From: Octopus vulgaris
Taxonomy: Eukaryota
NCBI GenBank assembly: GCA_951406725.2
Contig: OX597814.1
Coordinates: 134,726,001-134,790,000 of the forward strand
DNA length: 64,000 nt
Direction of reading: 5' to 3'
This document shows positions 1 through 12,686 of this stretch, one piece after another; the stretch's first letter is position 1, and each line of letters starts with the position of its first letter. The notes under the pieces were generated by a model that did not search any database, was not told where the DNA came from, and saw only the letters and a program-made list of their open reading frames with translations. The translations under genes and the position numbers were made by a program.

Positions 1-1573
1 AATAAAGACTTCTTTCCTAGCTTTTGTTATTTGAGTTTGTACCAGAAGGTGGAATCACAACTGTTATAGTTTCTTATGAAAGAATTTCCCTATCAAAAAC
101 AAATGACTCTACTTTATATTTATCAAATTGAAGAAGGAATTGAGAGTGTCTTGCTATGAAGCCTAAAGGATACTGATATAAAAACTAGTATGGCTTATGA
201 AAGTGATTCATTTAATCTTACTTTTTGCTTTTAAATGTTAGATACATTCAATAAAATTTTAATCATTTAAGAGTAACTGATCAAAGGCCCGACTAGATAT
301 GAACAAAAGAAAATGATGCAGAATTTTACATATAAATGAATATCAATCAAGTATTTATCCTTAACTTGTTTTTTCACCTCTTCATTATGATGTATAAGTT
401 ATTTTTACTCATGATTTCAAAAATGTCTATCTTCAGAAATTTTAAATGCTGATAACTTGATTGTTAATGCATCCATCTGTCTATAAAAGAGTTGCTCCAG
501 TATTGTAGAAATGGGAGCATGCAGTAGAGAGCAAGTCTGATATTTGATAGGTATAATGACAACTCTAGACATGTTTTGGTCTTATGAGATCTCATTAACA
601 AAACATCTTATTCATATCCACCAGGTTTTAGAATGACTGAGAGAATATATAGAAACTTGAGTGGAAAGCATTTAGTTACTTTTAACATATTTAATGTGGA
701 GATTATGAGAAATATTCAGTAAGTGCAAAACAAACTCTTAGTCAATGACTGTTATAATTTTCATTCTTACAAAAAGTGTAGGAGGCAACTACACATGTTT
801 CAATCTTATTTAGACCTCAACAGTGAAACATATCCTTTACTGTACTTTCTGAAGTAGTGATGAAAGAATTAATATAAATATATAAAATTATACATTGGTT
901 GATATAGGAATATAAAAATGCTTCGAGAATAAAATAATTCAAAGATGCTATTTGAAAAACAATAGTTAAGTTAGTATTAATATAATATATAGAGCATTAA
1001 AAATTAATAAATAAAAATGTGAGAACAGAAAATAAAGAAGTCCAGGAAAAATTGTGGTAGTATAGATTTTGCAGTAAGAAAATGAAAAGGTTACCTTACA
1101 TCCAAACGATTTTGAACTCTATATAAAAATATATATATGTAGCCTTGTTATCAAGTTATAATCCCCAGAGAGAACACAGACATTTGACTGTTTAATATTG
1201 GATTTCAATCTGGTATCCAGAGTATATTATTTCGTGATATTGATTTTGCAGTAAGTATGAGAAACATCAAGTAATGCACCACAGAGCATTTGAAAAGATT
1301 CTTTAATCTCTGCAGTTGTCAGACAAAAATTATTTTAGAGCAAGGCAATATGTGTATTCTTTAGAACATATCCTATTGTTTGACATTGCAACTTATTTTC
1401 CTTTTGGGTTAACCTTTTGTCTGTTATAATGATAACATATCAAGTCAGAGTTTTCTTTTTATCTAAATATAGAAGAGTGAATGAACACTTCTGTGCTACA
1501 TATCTATCTATCTATCTATATATATATATAAACAAGTCAAGATAGAAAATGCTAAAATAATTTTATAAAGAAC

Positions 1574-1618
1574 ATTTCAGTACCGGTTTCAGTCATTTGA
1601 GACCTTTTCAACTGTAAC
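1574..1618 (-). ncRNA. Minimal type-I hammerhead-ribozyme-like motif (U3-A8 variant)
   Basis: GUUACAG UUGAAAA GGUC UCAAAU GACU GAAA C CG G UA CUGAAAU: stem I CAG/CUG, stem II GGUC/GACU, palindromic ACCGGU stem III, GUA site. Confidence 0.6.
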
Positions 1619-1750
1619 GATTAAACAATTAAATTTAGAAAAATTATAAGAAAAGTTTTTTTAAAAGAATATTTGTATAGTGTTCAAATACAAGTGGCAT
1701 TTTCCTTGTTTCTGCCTTTCTCTGTCTCTCTTGTTTACACTTGTTTAATC

Positions 1751-1795
1751 GTTACAGTTGAAAAGATCTCAAATGACTGAAACCAGTACTGAAAT
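1751..1795 (+). ncRNA. Second hammerhead-like copy (stem II and stem III palindrome each mutated)
   Basis: gttacag ttgaaaa gatc tcaaat gact gaaa c ca g ta ctgaaat. Confidence 0.45.
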
Positions 1796-1885
1796 GTTCT
1801 TTATAAAATTATTTTAGCATTTTCTATCTTGACTTGTTTTTTCATATATATCAACTCGTGTGTTCCTTTTCATCCTTATACATAT

Positions 1886-2165
1886 ATCATCATCATCGTT
1901 TAGCGTCCGCTTTCCATGCTAGCATGGGTTGGACGATTCAACTAGGGTCTGGGAAGCCAGAAGGCTGCACTAGGCCCAGTCTGATCTGGCAATGTTTCTA
2001 TGACTGGATGCCCTTCCTAACGCCAACAACTCCGTGAGTGCAGTGGGTGCTTTTAACGTGTCACCGGCACAGGTGCCAGACAAGTCTGGCAAATGGCCAC
2101 AATCGGATGGTGCTTTTTACGTACCACCGGCACGGGGGCCAGGTGAGGCTGGCAACGGCCATGAA
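1886..2165 (-). mobile_element. RTE-clade LINE 3' end fragment
   Basis: (ATC)n tail plus the 3' UTR motif tccgctttccatgctagcatgggttgga shared with other copies in the window. Confidence 0.8.
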
Positions 2166-2262
2166 CAGATGGGGTTTCCACCCTGACATCCGAAACTCTG
2201 AGTTTTATAATGGCTACTGAATAATTGTCACATATCATATTTACAGACATATATATATATAT

Positions 2263-3260
2263 ATCATCAGCATCATCACCATCGTTTAATGCCCACTTTC
2301 CATGCTAACATGGGTTGGATGATTTGACTGAGGTCTGGCGAACCAGATGGCTGCACCAGACTCCAATCTGATCTGGCAGTGGTTTTACAGCCAGATGCCC
2401 TTCCTAACGCCAACCACTCCGAGAGTGTAGTGGGTGCTTTTACGTGCCACTGGCACGAGGGCCAGTGAGTTGGTACTGGGAATGGCCCTGACTCAAATTG
2501 TGCTTTTTATGTGCCACCTGCACAGGAGCCAGTCCAGCGGCACTGGCAACGACCTCGCTTGAATGTTTTTTCATGTGCCACCAGCACAAGTGTCAGTAAG
2601 GCGACTTAGGTAATGATCATGCTTGAATGGTGTTTTTTACATGCCACCAGCACGGAGGCCAGCTTGTTGCTCTGGCAACGATCATGCTCATATGGTACTC
2701 TTAGCACTCCAATGGCACGGATGCCAGTCATTGAATTTGGTTTTGATTTCGATTTCACTTGCCTCAACAGGTCTTCACAAGCAGAGTTTACTGTCCAATG
2801 AAGGAAAGATACGCATAAGTGGGCTGGTTGCACCCTTGGCATAGGCCATAAGGTTATGGTCTCACTTGAGCTTGCTGAGTCTTCACAAGCACAGCATATT
2901 TCCAAAGGTCCCAGTCACTAGTTATTGCCTCAGTGAGCCCCAATGTTCGAAGGTCATGTTTCACCACCTCATCCCAGGTCTTCCTGGGTCTACCTCTTCC
3001 ACAGGTTCCCTCAACCGCTAGGGTGTGGCACTTTTTCACACTGCTATCCACATCCATTCTCACCACATGGCCATACCAGCACAGTCATCTATCTTGCACA
3101 CTACATCTGATGCTTCTTCGGTCCAACATTTTTCTCAAGGTACTTACACTCCTCTGTTGAGTATGCACACTGACATTACACATCCATTGGAGCATTCTGG
3201 CTTCATTCCTTGTGATCTTACGCATGTCCTCATTAGTCACGGCCCATGTTTCACTGCCAT
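2263..3260 (-). mobile_element. RTE-clade LINE, 5'-truncated (ORF C-terminus, 3' UTR, (GAT)n tail)
   Basis: WYGHVVRMD...GTCGRGRPRKTWDEVVKHDL; near-identical to 50665-51881. Confidence 0.9.
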
Positions 3261-5270
3261 ACTTTTAGAATGATTGCTGGGAATCCATCAGGGCCAGTAG
3301 CTGAGTTTGGGTTAATTTCATCTATAGCCCTTATTACATCGTCTTCTTTTATATTGATGTAATCGATCATCATTACCTCTGTTTTTATATCTGTAGTTGT
3401 AAAGCAGTCAGTTGGATTGCTGACTTGAAAGTGCCCTAGGAGTGGAGTGAAAATACTTTTGAATTGCTCATTTAGTATTTCACTTACTCTCATTGGATTT
3501 CCTGTGGGTGTACCATCTTTTTCGAGGTGCACCAAAGATGTTTCTTTGGCAAACTTGTAGAAAGCTCTGGGGTTAGATTTTATATTGTCTATAGCTCAGA
3601 TGTTTTTGTCTGCTCTTTCTTTTTCATGGGAGAGTTGCAGATTTTTTCAATCTCCAGCAGTTGTATTTTCAGGCGGGACTTCTCACTGCTTTCAATTTGC
3701 TGTTTTAGGTGATTTGAAACTTTTGTAAGCCGTCTAATGAGAATCTCCCTCTCCCTGAGGATTTTGTTCTCATGTACAGTAGCCTTTTTCTCTGGGACAC
3801 ATTTGCAGCATATGGCTTGCATTACAGACATGAGTTGTTGAAGTTTCATGTTGATGTCCGATGAGGAGAGACATTTAGGCCACTTTTGTTTGAGGATCAC
3901 TTTCTCAATTTGTTTCCAGTTTGCCTTATGGAAGTTCAAGATGGAAAGATTCTGAGAGTTTCTTGTAGGCTGCTTGTCCATGGTTTCCTTTGGTCCGTAC
4001 ATGGTCAGCTCTACCATGTTTTGATCTGAGTGTAGCGTCAGTGTCACTTTCACATTATGGATGAGATCCATATTATTTGTGAAGCAGAGATCTGGTATGT
4101 TACCTGCCCTAGTTGGTTTGAGTACTATTTGTTCTATGTAGAAAGTGTTGATGAGGTTCAGGAGGGACTTCACCTGTCCTTGTTCGCGTTGTGTCATTCG
4201 TGGGAGAGAAAGGCCCTCGGGCCATCTGACATTGGGCAGATTGAAGTCTCCCATAAGAAGTACACTTATGTGTCATTCTAATGTGACTAGAACTTCTATT
4301 TTGTAAGGCAGTCTTCAAACTTGCCTACATGATTTGGAGCATCTGGAGGGCGATATGTAGCACATATAACTACACCAAGTTGTCTTATATGTACAATTTG
4401 TGTGTCACATACTGAATTTGAGTGTGACAAAAGAATCTGGGGTGTGAGGTCTTCGTGGGTGTACATAGGAACTCCACCATGACTCCTTTCTTTCCTGTTG
4501 GTCCGTAATACAACATACTGTGGTATGTATATTTCTGCATTTGCTATATCTGGTTTCGGATGTGTTTCCGTGAGTGCTATGCATAAGGCTTGATTGCATG
4601 CAACAAGCTCTCTCAAGAAAGGGATTTTTGTCCTGTGATATGTGTGTGTGTTGTTGCCAGTGGTGCCCATCTAGGGTCTATTTGCTGTGGTGGTCTTGTG
4701 TATTGGGGATAGTCCCATCTGTGAGATTGATGTAGCCAGGTCAGCTGCTGTACAATCTTTTGTGCCATGCACAAAAAAGATTGTTGTTCAGCAGCTGCCC
4801 TGTTGATAGGTTTGGTTTGTAGCGTGCGCTACATCTGCATACCTCCATTTTGGGGCAGGTAGTGTGTAGTTCTTTCCTTTTGGCAGGTGGTTTCCACCCT
4901 GTTTCATGTTTCTGTGGTGGGGGCTTTGGCATGCAATACAGCAGCCTGTACCTTCCTCTCCACGCTAGCAGACACCTTTCAGGTAGAATTTGCACATTCG
5001 TGTGTGCTGTCTCTTTTTATCCTTTTTGTTATATGGATAGTCAGGTTTGCTTCTTTCTTATGGATAGTCAAGTTTGTTTCATCTTTTGTTTTTGTTTTTC
5101 CTTCTTTTAGTTCTTCTTTCTTGGCTCTTTCACCTCCATGGTTTTTCGTTTTGATGCTTGTAGGGGCACTTGCACTTGGGTTTACTTTCCGGACAGGTTT
5201 CTCACTTGAATCTTCTTTGTTTTCTTGAGTGTCTACCAAGTGGAGGCGACATCTTTCATCTGCATCCATG
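3261..5270 (-). mobile_element. CR1/L2-group LINE 5' portion (ORF1 remnant, APE endonuclease, start of RT), frameshifted
   Basis: APE motifs ALTETH, HGGV..Y, YRPP, MGDFNLP, PTRAGNI.DL, HSD; pre-RT SATGPDGFPAIILK. Confidence 0.88.
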
Positions 5271-5649
5271 ATATATTCATATTGGCATATTTATATTGAC
5301 ATATATATATATATATATATATATATTGGCGTATATATATTTATATATATTGACATATATATATATATATATATATATAGACATACTACTAATATAGGAT
5401 AAAATTTTTTCAGAAAAGTGGCAGCATATTAAAATACCTTTAAAGGTTAAAATTATAAAGAAGGGCAAAAGATAAATTATTTATATGCCAATATGCTGAT
5501 AACAGACTTTAAATCGTCAATTTCCACATTTCATTATACATTCACTATAAATACATGTGCTGAAAACCAAGGAAAGCTAGCCAACAGAATTTTTTTGAAT
5601 CTATAAGATTAATCCCGAAATTGATTCATTATAAAGTAAATTACTTGGT

Positions 5650-5835
5650 GACCCTGTCATTGTGGGTGCCATGTAAAAAGCACATAGTATACTTTGTAAA
5701 GTGGGTGGCATTAGGGTGTCCAGCTGTAGAAACCATGCCAAAATAGACAGTAGAGACTAGTGCAGTACCTGGCCTTAACAGGTCCTATCAAACTGTCCAA
5801 CCCATGGCAGCATGGAAAACAGATTTTGAATGATT
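5650..5835 (+). mobile_element. Degenerate RTE 3' UTR fragment
   Basis: tgtaaaaagcac...catccagctgtagaaaccatgcc...cagcatggaaaac motif series. Confidence 0.65.
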
Positions 5836-6739
5836 ATTTTGTATTTAATACATAATGAAACACTATTTCTTTATATAAAAAAATGTTCAATTGTATCTTC
5901 TACATCAGTGAACCCCTCCTCTACCACATATGTACTTTACTAGTTGCCGCCATACAAAATATATACCGAATAATTTTTACATCCCACTGCCAATTCGCTA
6001 ACATGCTGTCTGCCTGTATGTCTGTATGCATTATAAAATCATTTATGATGTTTATTTCCATGCTTGCAACCATTTAATGGAGTGTACTGGGTGCTTTTTA
6101 CATGGTACCAGCACCAGTGAGGTTGTCAAGTGCCTGCACAATAAGACCCCTCAACTGTGCAGGGTATAGACTGGAGGAATAAAAAACTATGATAGAGAGG
6201 AGTAGGTGCCTTGCTGAAGATATGACTACATGGCTTGCCCACCTGGAAAGTGAAAGCAAGTAAAAGAGAGAGACGTGAATATGAGACAATTTAGGACAGA
6301 AGAGCAGTGAGAACTCAAAACCATCTGGTTACAAATTGGACTCAATATCTACATACATACCTATTTAACCACAACCATGCCCATATGTTTTATATAGTTC
6401 TGATATCGTATGAGATACAATATCTCTGATACCTTATGCTGTAAGATAATGTTTTGTAAATATATGTACTTATTGTATCAAGGGCCTCCTTTACTCATGA
6501 CTGACTATGTGTTTATGTACCTTGGAAGTTCGACTTCTTAATTTTGAAGTTGATAATCATGTATTTGTTTGTTGACTGAACCTAGTTCATTTTGGAGAAG
6601 TTTCTTAATCTACATTTCAGTTGGGCTTGAAAGTTGTCTTTGTAGTCATTATATATATATTTTGGAAAAGTAGGGCTTTTTTTTCTTAAGTTGTTCCATT
6701 TTGTTATCAGCTTCACAATACTATTATTTGTTAATATCT

Positions 6740-6996
6740 AGTACCATGTAAAAAGCACCTGTGCTGGTGTCACATAAGAAGCACTCATGCCATATATAAA
6801 GCACCTATGCCAGTACCACATAAAACATTGGTGCTGGTACTATGTAAAAAGCACCCAGTACATTCTGTAAAGTGGTTTGCATTAGGAAGGGCATCCAGCC
6901 ATAGAAACCATGTCTAAGCAGACAGTTGGAGCCTGTCAAATTGTCTCACCCATGCCAGTATGGAAAATGGCTGTTAAATGATGATGATAATGATGA
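6740..6996 (+). mobile_element. Degenerate RTE 3' UTR fragment with (GAT)n tail
   Basis: repeated aaaagcacc units, attaggaagggcatccagc, gttaaatgatgatg. Confidence 0.7.
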
Positions 6997-7664
6997 AGCC
7001 ATAACCAAGTTTATTATCCACTTTCCATAGCTCTTATATCAAATGTGTTCAATACTGTTTAGCCTCTATTCAGCCCTGGTCAAAGCATTCAAGACCATCC
7101 TGTCTTGTGCATTTTTATTACATTTTCTAATGTACTTCTATTTTATAAGATTGTAGAGTATGATATGAGTAGGATTTGGCTGCTGTTTCTCACAGATCAG
7201 ACAAAGAGGTTCTCTTGTTTGATTGTGTTGAATGTATTTTGTTAAACCCAGCTCCATTTTGCTGTTAAATTTAACCTATTTATTCATCAGTCAAGTGCAG
7301 TTGAAAGTGTTATACAAATCCTCTGAAATCATTAATTCAGGTCATTGATTTCTTGTATCATATTGATATACATCTCAGAATTAGAAGCCACAGTTAAAGA
7401 AATTTCCTGCTATGATAGTTTCACAAATTGAGAGAGTATGAGTAAAAATTTGGGAGAGTTAGATTACTCTTTATCTCTGTCATTCTACTATGCCCCCTTT
7501 ACACATTTGCTGTTATTGATTTCATTGAATCAGTCTTGTGTTAACTTTTTTTAGTAACCCAAGAGTGATAAATCAAGGTCAATCACGGTAGGTTTTGAAC
7601 TCATTTAAATGTCATAATGATGTCATTGTTTTATCTAATTTTTAATTAGTGTTTTATGTATAAC

Positions 7665-7975
7665 CTTTTACTTGTTCCTGTTATTGGCCTGTAGCCATGC
7701 TGAGGCACTGCTCTGAAGGATTTAGTCAAACAAATTGACCTCAGAATTTATTTTAAGACTGGTACTTATTCTTGCTAAACAACTGAACAAATGGTACATA
7801 AACAAACCAATACAGATTGTCAAGTGGTGGTAGTGGATAAACACAAAGACAGACACATACATATGTAGGCTTCCATACAGTTTCCATCTCATGAAGTTAC
7901 TCACAAGGCATTAGTGAGCCTGGGGCTATAGTAGAAGACACTTGCCCAAGGTGCTGTGTAGTGGGATTGAATCAG
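7665..7975 (-). mobile_element. Older tRNA-derived SINE copy
   Basis: diverged match to 33103-33504 (ggggctatagtagaagacacttgcccaagg core). Confidence 0.75.
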
Positions 7976-9671
7976 AACTAAAATTAACTTCTATCTACAC
8001 TCCTAAATGAATTAATAGAAAAATAGTTGACTACAATTTGTTAAAATAAACATATTAATATTGGTGCATGTGTGTACACAACTTTTTAGAATTGTCACAC
8101 TGAGTGGATACTCAGCTTTTTTCACAGGAAGTGTTTTTAGTTGTAATATAAATAGCACACAAGTGGGTAAAATAAGATAAGGATACAATGGAATCATTGA
8201 AATTTTAAATATTTTTAGACTGCTGGAAAAACCATGCTTGTTAATAGTTCTTATATATGGATAATTTATTCAAAAATGCCTAATGCTATACTCCAAAATT
8301 AGTAATGTATTTCAGTAAACACAAATTGTGTATTTATTGAAAAATTTTGCTTTGTTAGAAGAAATTTGCAGAAACTTGTTTGATGTGAGGTAAAGATATT
8401 TATTATGAAATTATTTTACTTCATTTTAAAATAATTGGCACAAGTAGCTATTTCGTTCATACTTCTGTCAGATTAATCAGATACAATTTTATAAATTATG
8501 TAAATTAGCTATGTATGGCTGACTCAGAAAATGAGATACCAATTTTTGGTGTTATGCATCAAGTTGAATCTGTGTTTATTGAAATATTATTGGATAGCAA
8601 AAAGATCATACATAAACTAAGTGTATTCAATAAAATTGTAATTTTTTTATATATCTTTAGAAATTAAAATTTTTCAATATTTACATTTCAATCAGTTTGA
8701 ACTCCAATCTTTACAAATTATCTTAACCCTGTACATAATATCAGATAGGATTTGAACTACAAACTTTTATTTATGAGAGACCCCTCCTCCAAAAAAACAG
8801 CATAATCTATTAGATTATTGAGGCATGTGTCAGTGCTTGGAAGATTAGAATCTGATTTTATAAGTTAATACTCTAAGCCCTTACTGAACAATTCAGGACA
8901 TCATTTTGTTTGAATTTTTAATGTTTCGTAGAATCAATCTAAAAGCTACAATAAAAGTTTAAAAAGTTACCAAATCAACATTTAAGAGTAAACATGACAA
9001 AAGTAAAATGACCTCATTGCTATATTGAGAGTTTAGCCACTGGACTCATAAAATTGATCATTTACTCCATACAGTTGCAAAATCAAGAGTTGCTATTGAA
9101 TATAAAATAAAGACATTTAAGTTCATGGTGAGTTCTTGACTGCAAGTAACCAGTCTAGTGTTTTAGCATGTTGATTAACATAAATTTAAACTACTATTTT
9201 GTGTTTTAAAAGTTTTCATCTTGAAAAGCATATTTGACTGTTACAGGCATTGGATTTTTGGTATTCTCATCAGAACTTACTGGTGAACCCCATGCCCATT
9301 CAAAACTGATAGTTATATCTACTTCTGTTTCTTGCTGTTTGTGATGTAATGTTACATACAATTCTTCTCATGAGATTTGTCCAAACAGACTCTACATTAA
9401 TTGCACCAAACTCACAAATTTTCATTTTTTTTTTTTATGAGAGCTGTTGGACAAGGCATTTCCTTTTTGAATATAAACACAGCTTTAAGGAACCAAAAAT
9501 AATTTTCTTCTTTTAAAGTTAAATGAAATGTTGATGTTTAAAGATATTTGAAGCATGCAATAATGATGAATTGGAAATATCAATTTGTTTAAATAAAAGA
9601 TTTGCCATAATTTATTTATCTAATTTTGATTTATTTTTTATTTATCTAATTTTGATTTATTTATTTTTTAG

Positions 9672-9803
9672 CTGGCCTTGTCTGCATCAATGGCTTGAAA
9701 CTTGTTCTCATAGAAAAGTTTGCCCTGTTTGCAAAGCTGGTATCAGTAAAGATAAAGTGATTCCAATTTATGGTAAAGGAAGTAATGATAAAAAAGACCC
9801 ACG
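9672..9803 (+). CDS. RNF185: RNF185/RNF5 E3 ubiquitin ligase, internal exon (second half of RING finger); upstream exons not found in window
   Basis: ttttag|C TGG CCT TGT... encodes [43 protein letters not shown](R), then |gtatgt; matches the RNF5/RNF185 signature. Confidence 0.93.
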
Positions 9804-11010
9804 GTATGTAATTAATGATTATACTTTGAATTAAGTGTAGTTGTCACTGAATTGATAGTTTAGTGATGAGCTCCATTAACATAAATCAGGAAATAACAAA
9901 CAGAAGTGCTTGTTTGTATACTTTGAAATGAGCTGTGTGCTTTCATTTTACTTTGTCATAGAATATCAACATACATCATTTTCAGTGATATTGCTTTATT
10001 TTGTACACAGTGGTATATTCTAAATTATGTATTAACATTATGATCATTTTTTGAAAAATGCAACTTTCATTAAAATACAATTATGCAATTCAGTGCCACA
10101 GCTAATCAAATATTATAGATTGTTTATTAATATATCTTACAAACTTGCATATAAGAGTTTCTGCATAGCATTTCTATTGTAATTTTTTCACATCTTTTTC
10201 TTTTTGTTTTGATTATTTTTCTTCTTAGTATTTTATCTTCCTGTGATCATCAGTAGATATCCCTTCCGAATCTCCTGAGCAATCTTTTCATCTTGTTTGT
10301 TTTAAAAATTACTGAGATGAATCTTTTGCCCTACTGGTTTCTAGGGAATTGGTGCCTTCTGTACATATTTAGGTAGCATGAGTGTTGTGTGAAAAGCATT
10401 ATTCTCTTCATGTCCTGAGGTCAAAGGGTGCTTCATCCTTCCTACAAGGGCTCTGACCAGAGTATATCATCAGATTTTTGAACAGAAAGTTTCCTTTCCT
10501 CAAGACATGTAGGTTTAATTTGCCTTATGGCGGTGCTTTCAATACAAGAAATATTTTAAGTGGTGGGACACAGTCTGCATTTAGCAGTCTTTTGCTGGTA
10601 TCATGCTCATAAACAGGCAGTACATGCTTTCTTTGTATCTTCTGAATGTCTCCTATACAAGGACTTTTCAAAATATTTTCTCCTAATTTTATATCAAAAT
10701 AGTATTAGTCACTAACTGTTGTGTACTATATATAAATTCTGCTTTAAACATTTGTATACCCAATATTTCCATCATGTAATAGTTTTAATTTTCTTATTAG
10801 CTATATTAGAATTTTCAACATTTTTCTTTAAATGTTTCAATTTGTATATTCTTTTATGTACTCTTTGTGGCAAAACAACAAAGTAATGTTTCAGCATTTT
10901 ATTTGATGTTAGATTAATTTATAATTCATACATTATGAACACACTGTCACAGTCATTGTTTACAATTTAAATATAAGGTGCTTTAATGATAAAGAATTGC
11001 CTTAAGCACT

Positions 11011-11990
11011 TGTAAGAACAACCGTGTGAAAGGAGAGGTGACGAATGACTGACTCCTTTAATACACTGCATGGTCACTTACAATAAAAGCAAAAAGGGGT
11101 AAATGAGTACAAGTGCCAGAAGGAAAAGGAAGAGACACAACCGATAGAAGGTTTAAGAGATTTTATTTCTGTGTTAACGTGTGTGTGTGTGTGCATACGT
11201 GTCATAAGTACATATATAATAATAACAATAGACAGGCCGTCATGCATACATAATGTGTATGTGTGTACAAACAAGGGAGTATGTGTGTGAGATAAAATAC
11301 AGAGCATAGAAAGAGTCTATAACAGGACATTAGAAGAATGTTCTCGCACAATGACGATAAATACCCATTTGTAGTAAGGTACACAATAGTTGAAGAGCTG
11401 TAACAAGAAGTTGTGGCATAGAAGCAGAACTGGTTGAAACACGTGTCGTGTAAAAAGTTGTGGCTACTATGCCGCTGCCAGTTACTTGATACAGGAAGAT
11501 CTCGCAGGTTGTATTTGCTGTTAACCATGGTGAAGTAATTCACAAACAGTGTGGAGTTGAACCTGAGCGAATGTTGTTGACATTAAGATGGAGGTGACAG
11601 AGATGGATGCTGCTGGTGTTGTCTGTTGCTGGAACTGGCTGTGTGCTCTGTGGTCAGTGGTTAGACCTTAGAAGGTCTAGAACCAAAGACCTCGACTCGG
11701 TGTTGAATTAGTTTTTTATAGGGACTAGTAGGCTCCAACAGAGATTTAGAAGACTGTGTCACGGGACTTTATCAGAAGGCTGCGATTGGTTGGGTTGCAC
11801 ATTGGCGTGTAATAGAGCATGAGACAAATTGTCTCATATGAGACAATGAGAGTAGTAGACACTACAGGGACCAACCAATGAGAGTAGTAGACACTACAGG
11901 GACCAAACGGCCGAAGGCTAGCTGCTATCTGCTACGTCCGTAATAATGTTATATATGTCAGAGAGATAATTTCACTAAGCGTCCACCACA
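11011..11990 (-). mobile_element. Solo LTR (Gypsy-like), 980 bp
   Basis: TGT...ACA termini, 4-bp TSD CACT (11007-11010 and 11991-11994), TATA-like box on minus strand near 11715, internal 32-bp tandem duplication 11844-11906. Confidence 0.8.
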
Positions 11991-12686
11991 CACTTTTATC
12001 TAGCCATGTGTAAGAAATTGTAGTTAAAGCAACATGCATTTCTTTTTTTACAGAAGTAAAATAAATTACAAAAGTAATTTATGGTGACTTCATCAAGATC
12101 TTGATGTTTGTGTTGATCCAAATACCTGGATATATAAATTTGCTAATACATAGTCTCAAGTCCTTGGGCAACAGAAGAGCTCTATGTCTATTTAATATGA
12201 AATGAAGCAAATGGAGTCATGTGTGAAGTTTTTCACATTTAATTGCATAGCATATCAACACATTCTCAATGATTTTACTTTTCTTTTGTGCATAGTGATA
12301 TATCTTAAATTATGTATTATCATTATGTTCTGTAGGTGGAAAGATATATATCTATATTTGGGTCTCTTACCTGATATGTCTCTGTCATGCCTCCTTTAGC
12401 TGCTCAACTCCTGTTTCTTTGATAACTTCTTATCTCTATGCTTTCTATCTGAATTATTCATTTCTATCTTATATATTCATTCTGTCTATTCTCCATCTCT
12501 AATTCACTGCATTAAGCCACTATGAGTGACATTGGAGCTGTCTGACCCCCTTGTCTCTGTATTGCTTACTCTCTTACCAATTTGTACTATGCCATCTATG
12601 TAATGCAGACTAGTGTTGGGTCAATGCATATTCTACCACCTTCCTATTCATTCTACCTCTCTCCCCATTCAAGATACTTATGTTTG

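Larger units (their letters stand above)
1531..1838. mobile_element. Palindromic element (98-bp arms, 112-bp spacer), probably inverted Penelope-like pseudo-LTRs
   Basis: 1531-1628 is the reverse complement of 1741-1838 with 2 mismatches; flanked by TA repeats; arms carry hammerhead-like motifs. Confidence 0.75.

Noticed and set aside
1834-3273. Many 60-100 aa ORFs, with similar ones at 24-25 kb, 50-51 kb and 55-57 kb
   Set aside because: Alternative frames of RTE ORF ends and 3' UTRs
1-9600. Search for the RNF185 exon with the first half of the RING (CNIC...CGHLF)
   Set aside because: Not found by eye; presumably upstream of the window
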